Shown one piece after another: positions 51,301 to 60,663 of a DNA stretch of 64,000 bases (its first letter is position 1; the number at the start of each line of letters is the position of its first letter). Source of the DNA: Ignavibacteriota bacterium (lineage in GTDB: Bacteria > Bacteroidota > Ignavibacteria > Palsa-1295); assembly GCA_963736195.1 (NCBI GenBank), contig CAVTNP010000001.1:1717068-1781067 (forward strand). The letters run 5' to 3'. The position numbers and the translations under genes were made by a program. The notes beneath the pieces were generated by a model. The model searched no databases. It had not been told where the DNA came from and saw only the letters and a program-made list of their open reading frames with translations.

Positions 51301-52197
51301 GGCGAACAGGGCTCGGAAGCAACTGCCGAAGCTTCGATGGCAGCGGGTATCGGCACCACTGCAGAAGCAATGGACGCGACAACATTTGGCGAAAATACTA
51401 TTGCTAACGCAGAGGGAGCCACCGCTTTCGGAAACACTACGAATGCAAGCGGATTGTACTCGGTCGCATTCGGCACTTCCACGACAACGACGGGAAGCAA
51501 TTCAGCTGCCTTTGGTGAGAATGGAACGACTGCCGGAGGAGAGGCTTCTGTGGCGATGGGTAATGATGCCCAGGCGAGCGGAGCTTATTCGCTCGCAATT
51601 GGCAATACTACCACTGCCAGCGGTTCTTCTTCATTCGCATCGGGTAACAGCAACATTGCGCAAGGTGCAAATTCGATCGCCATTGGATATAATTCTGACG
51701 CCTATGGCGACAATTCAGTCGCTATGGGAGTCGATGCCTCAACCGGCGTTGGGACGACCTATTACAACAATTCGTTCGTCTATGGTGATGGTTCTGCATC
51801 AACACTCAGTGATGCATCAAACGAATTCACCGTCCGCGCTTCGGCTGGATTCGAATTCTACGATAATGCGACCACTGCGCCAGACATGACCCTTGCAAAT
51901 GGGCAGCTCAATGTGAGTGGCACAGTCCGAGTAGGCGGCAGCATCGTTGCTACCTCAAGCAGCACGGCGCAATCGTCGGATAATGGCGTGACCGTCTCGG
52001 ATGTACCGGTCTTTATTATTTCAGCCGGTTCTACATCGGGTGCATTCGCACTGACCATGCCAAGCGGTTCGATCACCGGTGACATGATCGTCGTTATTAA
52101 TCAGGACCCGAACTACTGCGCTACCTATGGCTCGACTGCGAAAGTTGCACCGCTCGGTTCGCGCACGTTCTACTTCGACGGCAGCAACTGGCAGTAA
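45311..52197 (+). CDS. giant secreted fibrous protein (~2300 aa if the frameshift near 48600 is bridged): collagen-like G-X-Y tracts alternating with 12 copies of a ~46 aa WW...DYYFE...NGEVY...ANITGP module, NGGTG tail-fibre-like repeats, and a YadA-head-like SxAxG repeat region
   Basis: Signal peptide [28 protein letters not shown]. The two ORFs 45311..49135 and 48571..52197 are the same gene in different frames; the second ORF resumes the GATGATG collagen repeat. Approximate domain map: Cys-rich NGGTG repeats at 46080..46740, collagen/module array at 46740..50140, Hep_Hag-like repeats at 50880..51780. Confidence 0.75.
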
Positions 52198-52236
52198 GAC
52201 CAGGAGATCAGCATTTAATCATATCTCGAGAGAGAG

Positions 52237-52273
52237 TTCACTGGCGCGAGTTCGAAAGAACTCGCGCTTTTTT
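52237..52273 (+). terminator. rho-independent terminator
   Basis: gcgcgagttcgaaagaactcgcgc followed by T9. Confidence 0.7.
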
Positions 52274-52367
52274 TTTGCGTTAGCTGAAGTCCGAGTATTG
52301 CCAATTGGTAGCATCCGGCAATATTTGACGTAAATTTGCACGAAATTCATAAACGATACTTCAACAG

Positions 52368-54239
52368 ATGAACCGAATTCGCCTATTTTCGCTCGCACTA
52401 CTCATCACTACGTTCTCGCTACGTTCGTTCGCCCAGGGTCTCGGTTGGGACTATCAGGAACAAGCCCGCTCCCATACCACCGATCTTCAGCACGTCGAGA
52501 TGCACATCTCGTTCGATGAACCTGCCAAGAAAGTGATGGGGACGGTTCTCCAAACCCTCGCCATCCTGCCACAAAAAGAATCGGTGAACGAAGTGGTCTT
52601 CGATGCCGTGAATCTGAATATCGAGAAGGTTTGGCTCGACCAGGGTAAAGGCAAGCAGATTCCACTTACGTTCAGCACCAAGGATTCGGCGAAGCTTCAC
52701 ATTACGCTCGATCGGGTGCATCCCTATGATGTCCCATTCACGATAGGCATTCAATATTGGGCTCAGAACCCCAAGAAAGGATTGTATTTCATTCAACCTG
52801 ACACGTTCTATACACAGAAGCCCGAGCAGATCTGGACGCAAGGCGAAGGGGAAGAAAACCGGAATTGGTTACCAACTTATGACTATCCCAACGACAAGAT
52901 GACGACGGACATGTTCGTCACCGTACGTGCCGACCAGCAGGCGCTTTCGAATGGTCATCTTGTTTCGAAAGATAAGAATAAGGATGGAACCGTAACCTGG
53001 CATTGGAAGGAAGACCATCCGTATTCCACCTATCTCATTATGCTTGGAATTGGACATTATGATGTTGTTACCGATAAATGGCGTGGGAAGGATGTCGATT
53101 ATTGGGTGTATCCGGGCTGGGCCAAAGAGGCGCATCGCATATTCGGGCTGACGCCAAAAATGATCGAGTTTTATTCCGATCGCACCGGGTTCCCGTATGC
53201 ATGGGAGAAATATGCGCAGATAGCGATCGCGGATTTTACGTATGGTGGCATGGAAAACGTAAGCGCAACCACGCTCAACGATTACGTCATGTTCGATAAA
53301 CGTTCCGGCGTGGATTTCAGCAGTGAGGGGCTCATCGCCCATGAATTGGCACACCAATGGTTCGGCGATCTTGTCACATGCCGCTCATGGATCGAGATGT
53401 GGTTGAACGAATCGTTTGCAACGTATTTCGAAGCGATGTTCCGCCAATTCAACGATGGCGAGGATGAATTCGAGGAGGAAATGCAGGGTGCACAGAACGC
53501 CGGAATTGGGGCAGAGACGAGCCTCGGAAAAAAGCCCATTGTCGCGATCAATAATTACACGGCGAATCATTATCCGCGCGGCGCGGCTACGCTCAACATG
53601 ATCCGGCACATACTCGGCGACTCCGGATGGTGGCATTCGATCCATCATTACCTCGATGTCCATCAATTCCAACCCGTCGTTACTCAGGATTTCAAGATGG
53701 CGATCGAAGAAGCAACGGGTCAGAACCTCGCATGGTTTTTCGACGAATGGGTCTATAAGAGCGGTCACCCCATCTACGATGTGACCTACAACTATGACGA
53801 GGCTGCGAAGATGTTGCACATGACGGTCACGCAGACCCAAAAACACGACACCCTCACCGGCACATTCAAAATGCCCGTCGATGTGGAACTTACAATGCCC
53901 GATGGCTCGACGGTCATGCAGACGCTTCATGTTCAGGATTCTTCACAGCAGTTCGATATTCCTTCGCCGCAGAAGCCGATGATTGTTATTTTCGACAAGG
54001 GCAATACTATCATTAAGGAACTCAAGATACACAAGACCCCAGACGAGTGGATCGATCAGCTATCGCTTTCGAAACGCGCGATCGAGCGTTCGCAAGCTGC
54101 ACTCGCCATGCTGCCGGATTCTGTTGGGAAAGACCCGCGCGCATTCGAAGCATTAAAATATGCCGCAGTGCACGATGAATTTTTGGGCCGTGCGGCTCCA
54201 TGCGCTGGCGACGCTTGGATCCTGGGCCAATGCCAATAA
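52368..54239 (+). CDS. M1-family zinc aminopeptidase (catalytic portion; continues in another frame, see 54160..54852)
   Basis: Signal peptide. HELAHQWFGDLVT...WLNESFATYFE is the HExxH-x18-E M1 signature, and GGMENVS is the GAMEN-like exopeptidase motif. Confidence 0.85.
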   Translation: MNRIRLFSLALLITTFSLRSFAQGLGWDYQEQARSHTTDLQHVEMHISFDEPAKKVMGTVLQTLAILPQKESVNEVVFDAVNLNIEKVWLDQGKGKQIPLTFSTKDSAKLHITLDRVHPYDVPFTIGIQYWAQNPKKGLYFIQPDTFYTQKPEQIWTQGEGEENRNWLPTYDYPNDKMTTDMFVTVRADQQALSNGHLVSKDKNKDGTVTWHWKEDHPYSTYLIMLGIGHYDVVTDKWRGKDVDYWVYPGWAKEAHRIFGLTPKMIEFYSDRTGFPYAWEKYAQIAIADFTYGGMENVSATTLNDYVMFDKRSGVDFSSEGLIAHELAHQWFGDLVTCRSWIEMWLNESFATYFEAMFRQFNDGEDEFEEEMQGAQNAGIGAETSLGKKPIVAINNYTANHYPRGAATLNMIRHILGDSGWWHSIHHYLDVHQFQPVVTQDFKMAIEEATGQNLAWFFDEWVYKSGHPIYDVTYNYDEAAKMLHMTVTQTQKHDTLTGTFKMPVDVELTMPDGSTVMQTLHVQDSSQQFDIPSPQKPMIVIFDKGNTIIKELKIHKTPDEWIDQLSLSKRAIERSQAALAMLPDSVGKDPRAFEALKYAAVHDEFLGRAAPCAGDAWILGQCQ

Positions 54240-54852
54240 TTCGATCCTGGAACTCATACTCGATCGTTCCAGGAACGATCCGCGTGCCGATGTTCGCTCG
54301 CTGGCCATTCAACTTTTGGGGCAATCCGCATATCCCAAACCTATGGTCGAGCCGACCTTGAATGGGATCATCGCAAACGATTCCAGTTACAATGTGGTCG
54401 GCAACGCGCTCCAGGTGCTGCATTTGTACGATCCTGATCTTGCATATCAGGATGCACTGGGATACCTCAAAACAAATTCCCCTCGCGATCATATCCGGCA
54501 CGAGGCAGTCATAGTGCTCGAACATACCAAAACTCCTGCATCTTTGCAACAGCTTATTGCGCTGGTCGATACGCGTAATATTCCGAACGATTCGCACCAA
54601 TCGACTCGCAATGATATCGTCGATGCCATTAGCAAATTCGTTTCGGTGGACTCCGGCCTGGTATATCGAACATTATGGAATCTTACGATGAATGGCGACA
54701 ACGGTGTCCACGGCTCTGCGATCAACCGGCTTGCAGATATTGGGAATGCCGCAACGATGCATCAACTCGAAGCACAAGAAGCTACGCGGCCCGAGATGAA
54801 ATCGACGTATGAAGCGGCGTTGACAAAAATGCGGAAGCGGCTGGGAATGTAA
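54160..54852 (+). CDS. C-terminal HEAT-repeat domain of the M1 aminopeptidase, in a different frame (frameshift at the T5 run 54180..54184)
   Basis: Joining the frames gives ...AAVHDEF|WAVRLHALATLG..., a canonical HEAT repeat (D..W.VR..A..ALG). Further repeats follow (DPRADVRSLAIQLLG). Confidence 0.6.
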   Translation: MPQCTMNFWAVRLHALATLGSWANANNSILELILDRSRNDPRADVRSLAIQLLGQSAYPKPMVEPTLNGIIANDSSYNVVGNALQVLHLYDPDLAYQDALGYLKTNSPRDHIRHEAVIVLEHTKTPASLQQLIALVDTRNIPNDSHQSTRNDIVDAISKFVSVDSGLVYRTLWNLTMNGDNGVHGSAINRLADIGNAATMHQLEAQEATRPEMKSTYEAALTKMRKRLGM

Positions 54853-55083
54853 GTCTGGCAACTCACATGCCAACCGTTTTTAGGGTTCGGGGCTACCGAT
54901 TCTTTTTCTTCAGCCGTTAAGGAAACGAACCAGCGCATATTCACATTGAACATGCAGCGCGTCATGTAAAATTCTGGCTCGATCCGGTAGAGTTATCGGA
55001 ATCAAAGGGTTTTCGGAGCCATGAATTGACAGAATTGGCACATTTAGTAGAGGCACATCAACATGAATTCAAAAATAAATGGG

Positions 55084-55323
55084 ATGAACACTTTAGAAAT
55101 TAAGGTTGATAGCGCCGTTGTCGATGTGCGCGTTACCGACGATGAGATTCAAATGTCGCTTGCAGATGGCCGTCAGGTTTCTGCCCCGCTCGAATGGTTT
55201 CCCCGCTTGCGACACGCTACCCACGAGCAGCGAGCCAACTGGAGATTAATCGCGAACGGGGTCGGCGTCCATTGGCCGGAGGTGGATGAGGACATTTCGG
55301 CTCGGAGTCTGCTGGCGGCTTAA
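55084..55323 (+). CDS. DUF2442 family protein
   Basis: [46 protein letters not shown] matches the DUF2442 signature. There is no DUF4160 partner nearby. Confidence 0.6.
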   Translation: MNTLEIKVDSAVVDVRVTDDEIQMSLADGRQVSAPLEWFPRLRHATHEQRANWRLIANGVGVHWPEVDEDISARSLLAA

Positions 55324-56069
55324 GTTGGTACTTGTTGCTGCCACCGCTCCAGCTTAAACGTCTCGCCTAAATACAGTCGTCGGATTTCCTCATCGCTTGC
55401 AAGCTCTTCTGCGGAACCGGCTCGATAGATCGTTCCATCGATCAAAATATACGCGCGGTCTGTGATCGAGAGCGTTTCATGCACATTGTGATCCGTGATG
55501 AGAATGCCAATACCGCGCTCTTTTAGGCGAATAACGATCTGCATGATCTCTTCCACCGTAATGGGATCGATTCCGGCGAATGGCTCATCGAGCAACATGT
55601 AGGCAGGGTTGGTGGCAAGAGAACGCGCGATCTCGCACCGCCGGCGCTCACCGCCGGAAAGCATGTAGCCATACGATTTCCGGATATGCGCTATGTTTAA
55701 TTCCTCAAGGAGTTGCTCGGTTCGTTCCTTGCGTTGCTTGTTGGTCAGCGAGAGCATTTCGAGAATAGCCATCAGATTCTCCTCGACGGTCATTTTGCGG
55801 AAGATAGATGCTTCCTGTGGCAGATAACCGATTCCTTTTCGCGCGCGCGCATACATCGGTAGAGGGGTGACATCCTCGCCATTGAGCAGCACGCGGCCTT
55901 CATCCGGCTTGATGAGGCCGGTGATCATGTAGAAGGTGGTCGTTTTACCGGCGCCGTTCGGGCCGAGCAATCCGACGATCTCGCCAGGCGCGACGGACAC
56001 GCTCGAATCTTTCACGACCGTGCGTTTCCCATAGATCTTTTTAAGATGCTCTGATTTAAGTTCTTGCAT
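55320..56069 (-). CDS. lptB: LPS export ABC transporter ATP-binding protein
   Basis: Walker [12 protein letters not shown], signature [13 protein letters not shown], Walker [12 protein letters not shown]. Its size and its context downstream of an OstA-like gene fit LptB. Confidence 0.8.
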   Translation of the reverse strand: MQELKSEHLKKIYGKRTVVKDSSVSVAPGEIVGLLGPNGAGKTTTFYMITGLIKPDEGRVLLNGEDVTPLPMYARARKGIGYLPQEASIFRKMTVEENLMAILEMLSLTNKQRKERTEQLLEELNIAHIRKSYGYMLSGGERRRCEIARSLATNPAYMLLDEPFAGIDPITVEEIMQIVIRLKERGIGILITDHNVHETLSITDRAYILIDGTIYRAGSAEELASDEEIRRLYLGETFKLERWQQQVPT

Positions 56070-56110
56070 GATGAAGTTCTTGCGTGATGAAGATTTGCAT
56101 GAAACGGCGA

Positions 56111-57682
56111 TCAACCCGCCGATTTGCGTTTGGGTTTTTCGCTGGGATTTGGTGGTGGTGCGGGTTCGGGCGGTGTTGATGCAGGCGCCACAGCAGGAGC
56201 GGGTTGGGCGAGTGTTTCTGCTGTTGTCGGCAGTACAAATTCCTCGCGATGCGGTCGTAGGTTATCGTGCCGTTCGTAGGCTGTAAGATGGAATGCCTTC
56301 GCTCGCCCCTTGACGAATCGCTCTGGGAAATATTCTCCCTCGGTGCCGGAAATAACTGCGATACGCACCACCTTGCGGTTCTGGAAATCCATTCGGATCG
56401 TGTCGCCGGAAGCGCGGTTCAATCCATCGGGCTTCTCATCGCTCGTCAAAAAGTGGATGGATAGAGCGCTTGACATATCATACAACTCTCGCGCAGTATC
56501 TTGCCGGACAATGAGCAGCATATTATCACCTTCTAACTGATCGATGCGGCCAGAGTTCGGAAATTCCTCTTGCGGACTAGTCGCGAATGCATGCCCGAGC
56601 GCGTATATTTTATTGATGTGGTGCTCCTTCATCAGCATGGAAACGCTATCGGCGTCGATCTCGGTAGAATCATTCCAAATGTGCTGCCGATGATCGGTCA
56701 TCTGCTTTGCTTGAAATACGCTCATAATGTCATGAATCTGATCATAGACCAGTTTGCCTCCGCTCAAGCTAAAATTTGACCGATACAATCGGACACTATC
56801 GATGGCGATAAATCTTGCAGAATCGCCCTGATAGAGTTTCATCGTATCCGCACGGACGAACATTGTATCGAACACGGTGTTGACCTTGCCGGTGCTATCG
56901 CGAACTTGGGAGCTATCGATATACAGCAACAACGGACGCTTCGGGACGACCAGATAATTTCCGACCGAAAAACGAGCAAGCGTATCGCCAAATATGGTGG
57001 TGTTATTCTGAATATCTTCAACAGCAACATTCCCACGCGCATGTAATTCGCCATGAAGCTGTGAATTAAAGAGCCAATCCGAAGCGAGCCGGAGGGAATC
57101 GTTCGCGAGATGAACGCTGCCTTTTGCAATGGTTTCACCAAGCGCTCGAACATTCGTGATCGTATCGCCGGTGAGCGAGCCGGAATCGCTCGTAACGGAA
57201 GCATGACCATAAAGAATGGATGTTTCCGTGGAACGATAATAGGTCATGGAATCGGAAAGGCTGGTATTCTTTCCCTGCGTTACTGTTACATGATGAAAAA
57301 AATGGGCTATTTGAGTATTCTCATTGTAATCGCCTTCGTGGGCAGTCAGCTCCTGATCGCGGTCGAACATTCGGACTCCGCCATCGCCATAGCCAATGGA
57401 TGTGGAGTCATTATAAATAACGTGCGGCGCGTAAAGTGCAAGCGTATCCTGATGAATTGCCACATTGCCCGTCATTTCCATGCGATGGGCGGTGGTGAAA
57501 TAAATTGCTTTATCTGCCGAACCATACAGCGACCCTTGCACGAACTGCATGTGTCCGATGTATTGTTGAACCGGCAATCCGTTGATAACGCCACCGAACA
57601 GGGTATCGGCAGTGATCGTCACGGGAATTTGGGCACGCAAATTGCTTGCAACAATAAGGAAAGCAAGCGGGAGAAATGTCAT
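56111..57682 (-). CDS. OstA/LptA-like domain periplasmic protein (multi-repeat)
   Basis: Signal peptide [18 protein letters not shown]. Beta-jellyroll OstA-like repeats are present ([32 protein letters not shown]). It is upstream of lptB in the same orientation. Confidence 0.5.
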   Translation of the reverse strand: MTFLPLAFLIVASNLRAQIPVTITADTLFGGVINGLPVQQYIGHMQFVQGSLYGSADKAIYFTTAHRMEMTGNVAIHQDTLALYAPHVIYNDSTSIGYGDGGVRMFDRDQELTAHEGDYNENTQIAHFFHHVTVTQGKNTSLSDSMTYYRSTETSILYGHASVTSDSGSLTGDTITNVRALGETIAKGSVHLANDSLRLASDWLFNSQLHGELHARGNVAVEDIQNNTTIFGDTLARFSVGNYLVVPKRPLLLYIDSSQVRDSTGKVNTVFDTMFVRADTMKLYQGDSARFIAIDSVRLYRSNFSLSGGKLVYDQIHDIMSVFQAKQMTDHRQHIWNDSTEIDADSVSMLMKEHHINKIYALGHAFATSPQEEFPNSGRIDQLEGDNMLLIVRQDTARELYDMSSALSIHFLTSDEKPDGLNRASGDTIRMDFQNRKVVRIAVISGTEGEYFPERFVKGRAKAFHLTAYERHDNLRPHREEFVLPTTAETLAQPAPAVAPASTPPEPAPPPNPSEKPKRKSAG

Positions 57683-57730
57683 CCTGAGCAGAGTTCTTCT
57701 TTGCGAAAGCGAAGACGAACGGAGTCGAAG

Positions 57731-57790
57731 GATCTTATGCTTGGCCGGCAAAAGATCCTTCGACTTCGTTCGCCGCTGCGAACTCCGCTC
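57731..57790. other. long hairpin (21 bp stem, 1 mismatch, 15 nt loop) in the divergent clpB / lptA-like intergenic region
   Basis: cgaacggagtcgaaggatctt-atgcttggccggca-aagatccttcgacttcgttcg. Confidence 0.5.
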
Positions 57791-57846
57791 AGTATGACTC
57801 AAGAAAAACATTACGTAATAAGAATTTCAAAAACAACGCCTGACGT

Positions 57847-59166
57847 ATGGCAATCAATCCAAGTAAACTAACAGTTAAGTCGCAGGAGGCGCTGCAGGCG
57901 GCTGTCGAGATCGCAGCGAATTACGGAAATAACCAGGTAGAGCCGGAGCATTTGCTTGCCGCGCTTATTCAAGATCCCGAAGGTGTAGCAACCTCGGTGC
58001 TGCGAAAACTTGGGGTAAATATCGACCAGCTACGCGTTCGTGTGACCGGCGCGCTGGAAAAGCTTCCGAAGGTGACCGGTGCGCAGGGTGCGAATCAATT
58101 TGCCTCGAATAATCTGAACAAGCTGTTCGATGTTGCCCGCAAGGAAGCTGAAGCGCTGAAAGATGAATACGTCTCGACTGAGCATTTGTTGCTTGCATTG
58201 CTCGATGGCAGCACGGCTTCGGCCAGGCTCCTCAAGGAGCATGGTGTCACAAAAAACAGCGTGCTTACTGCACTCCAATCCGTCCGTGGCACCCAGCGTG
58301 TGACCGATCCCAATGCCGAAGAACGCTACCAATCGCTCGAAAAGTACGGACGCGACCTGACCGAAGCGGCGCGCAAAGGCAAGCTCGATCCCGTTATCGG
58401 GCGCGAGGAAGAAATCCGCCGCGTGATGCAGGTGCTATCGCGCCGCACGAAAAATAATCCCGTCCTCATCGGCGATCCGGGAGTGGGGAAGACGGCTATC
58501 GTTGAAGGCATCGCAAATCGTATCGCGTCCGGCGATGTGCCGGAGGGATTGAAAAGCAAACGCATTGTTGCGCTCGATATGGGAACGCTCGTCGCTGGAA
58601 CCAGTTTTCGCGGTCAGTTCGAGGAACGATTAAAAGCGATCGTGAAAGAAGTTGCGGAGTCCGCCGGAGAAATAATTCTATTTATAGACGAACTCCACAC
58701 GCTCATCGGCGCCGGTGCTACGCAAGGCGCGATGGATGCGGCGAACATCCTGAAACCAGCGCTTGCTCGCGGTGAATTGCACACCATCGGTGCAACCACG
58801 CTCGATGAATATCACAAGCACATTGAAAAAGATGCCGCGCTCGAACGCCGGTTCCAGCCCGTCTTTGTTGGCGAGCCAAGCGTGGAGGATACCATCTCCA
58901 TTCTGCGCGGATTGCAGGAAAAATATGAAGTGCATCACGGCGTTCGCATTCGCGATGCCGCGCTTATTGCCGCCGCGCAGCTTTCGGATCGCTATATTGC
59001 CGACCGTTTCCTTCCCGACAAAGCCATAGATCTTGTGGATGAAGCCGCCAGCAAACTCCGCATCGAAATAGATTCCATGCCCGCCGAACTCGATCAGATC
59101 GAACGGCGCATCCGGCAGTTGGAGATCGAGAGGGAGGCGTTGAAACGGGAACAGGCAGCGGCGTGA
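57847..59166 (+). pseudogene. clpB: clpB N-terminal fragment (N-domain plus NBD1 plus start of M-domain, 439 aa); gene truncated
   Basis: Clp N repeats, Walker [14 protein letters not shown], ...[44 protein letters not shown], and then a stop. Full-length ClpB is about 860 aa, and NBD2 is absent from the rest of the window. Confidence 0.7.
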
Positions 59167-59179
59167 ATCGATTAGTAGA

Positions 59180-59857
59180 TCAAAGATAGGTACTGCCCAA
59201 CGCAATGATTATCGTTGAACAAGCGACCGTTAGAACGGATGCGGTTGAATAGATGAATTTTGATCGACTGTAAAACAAGCGGTAAAACAGCAAGAGTATG
59301 AAAGCGGTCAAAAACAATCCCACAAAGTCGGCGACAACAACGGAGCTTGGATTCATTTTCCACCATGATCTTGCAATCTTGTGATCGATACCAAGCACAA
59401 ACAGAATACTCAGAAAATTGGTACTTGATTTTAGCACCCTTTCTTTATATAGGGCTTTCTCAGGTGGTGTCAACTTTATGCCTGAGAAGATGTAGTCGGT
59501 TTCCATTGGAATCAGGGTCACGAAAAAGAATTGCATTGGTAATTGAAAGGCCAAAGAGTTGTAGTCAGCCCTCAAGTAACCCAAAAGAATTATTAGAAGA
59601 TACACTATTGCAAAAACGATGATCATAATCCAATATTTCGGAATTCGCATTTGCATGTTCGATAACATCACTGCGAGAAATAGCGGTAAAAGAATGACAT
59701 GATCTAGCTGCGACGCATTCAATGATTTTCCGAAGATAATAGGGTACATCCAAAGTGTTGAGATTAGTGAAAGCAACGCAGCACACAAAATCAGATAGCT
59801 GTGAAAGTGACGATCAAGGTTCAGGGAAAGTGCCATCGGCTTTATTGTTGCTGGCAA
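59180..59857 (-). CDS. hypothetical polytopic membrane protein in an AT-rich segment abutting the clpB break
   Basis: A 225 aa ORF with about 6 hydrophobic helices. Its composition is markedly AT-richer than the flanks. Confidence 0.45.
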   Translation of the reverse strand: MPATIKPMALSLNLDRHFHSYLILCAALLSLISTLWMYPIIFGKSLNASQLDHVILLPLFLAVMLSNMQMRIPKYWIMIIVFAIVYLLIILLGYLRADYNSLAFQLPMQFFFVTLIPMETDYIFSGIKLTPPEKALYKERVLKSSTNFLSILFVLGIDHKIARSWWKMNPSSVVVADFVGLFLTAFILLLFYRLFYSRSKFIYSTASVLTVACSTIIIALGSTYL

Positions 59858-59916
59858 AACCGACTATTCACATGAGTGGTTTCGCCACTGATTCATGGTC
59901 GCATAGCGACGCAGTA

Positions 59917-60105
59917 CCCGCAGCCCAGGGTGCAGCAAGTATCGCCGACGATGCGCGCGGAACCCTGGGTTGAAGTTGCACATTTTGAATTCAAAGCCCT
60001 GAAAGGGCGTTGTAAAATCGAGCGGTCAACATCGCCCTTCCAGGGCTACAATTTCAAAATCAATCGCGACCTGGGGTTCCGCTTCGCTGCACCCCAGGCT
60101 GCGGG
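59917..60105. repeat. ~190 nt long imperfect palindrome (MITE-like, or a structured ncRNA)
   Basis: Outer arms acccgcagcccagggtgcagc / gctgcaccccaggctgcgggt. Inner arms cattttgaattcaaagccctgaaagggcg / cgcccttccagggctacaatttcaaaatc. Several gccctNNNagggc mini-hairpins are also present. Confidence 0.5.
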
Positions 60106-60663
60106 TACACCGTCCCTTCGGGACTGGGATTTATGTGATGGATGGGATTTTTGGGAGGTAGCTGTGCTTTATCACGAGGTACATTATGAGTGGAATAACC
60201 ATAGCCGAGAAAGATCACAATGTCGTTGTCACTGTGGATGTCGATATTATCGAGCGTTGGCGCATCGAGCAGGCATTGAGCTTGCTTGAGATCGCTCCGC
60301 GAGATTATTCGCATATTCCATCTATCGATCCGGAAGAGCAGGCCGAGATAGGAGCAAGCCTCTTGCGACGAACGCCCGAAGACCGAAAGTACACAGTCAT
60401 TTGCGACGGATGAGTACGTTGTGGGTTTCCATAGTCCAACGGGACGCTATGTTTTTGTGGTGTAGCACCGAGCCTTCAGGCTCGGTGTGATAATCAGCCG
60501 AACCTGAAGGTCCGACGCTACACTTCTCTTATGAATAATTTCGAATTTCTTTGGCTTCGTTATTAAAATACTTATATTGGTAGTATTATAATAGGCACCA
60601 ATGTCCGCTAGAAACAAAACTGCATAAGTTCATGAATATTTTGCATGAGTTCATGAACTCCTA

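Noticed and set aside
45860-52085. Numerous alternative-frame ORFs within the giant fibre gene (e.g. 46324..46869, 46590..47096, 47665..48228, 49529..49879, 51095..51889) and antisense ORFs in the KPEP-repeat gene (25462..26274, 26025..26597)
   Set aside because: These are low-complexity Ala/Pro/Arg-rich translations of GC-rich repetitive coding DNA in the wrong frame. The sense frame gives coherent collagen-like or KPEP repeats.
59876-60413. ORFs 59876..60289 and 60186..60413 as real genes
   Set aside because: They overlap each other and the long palindromic element, and they have Arg/Cys/His-rich compositions typical of GC-rich non-coding DNA read in frame. No motifs were seen.
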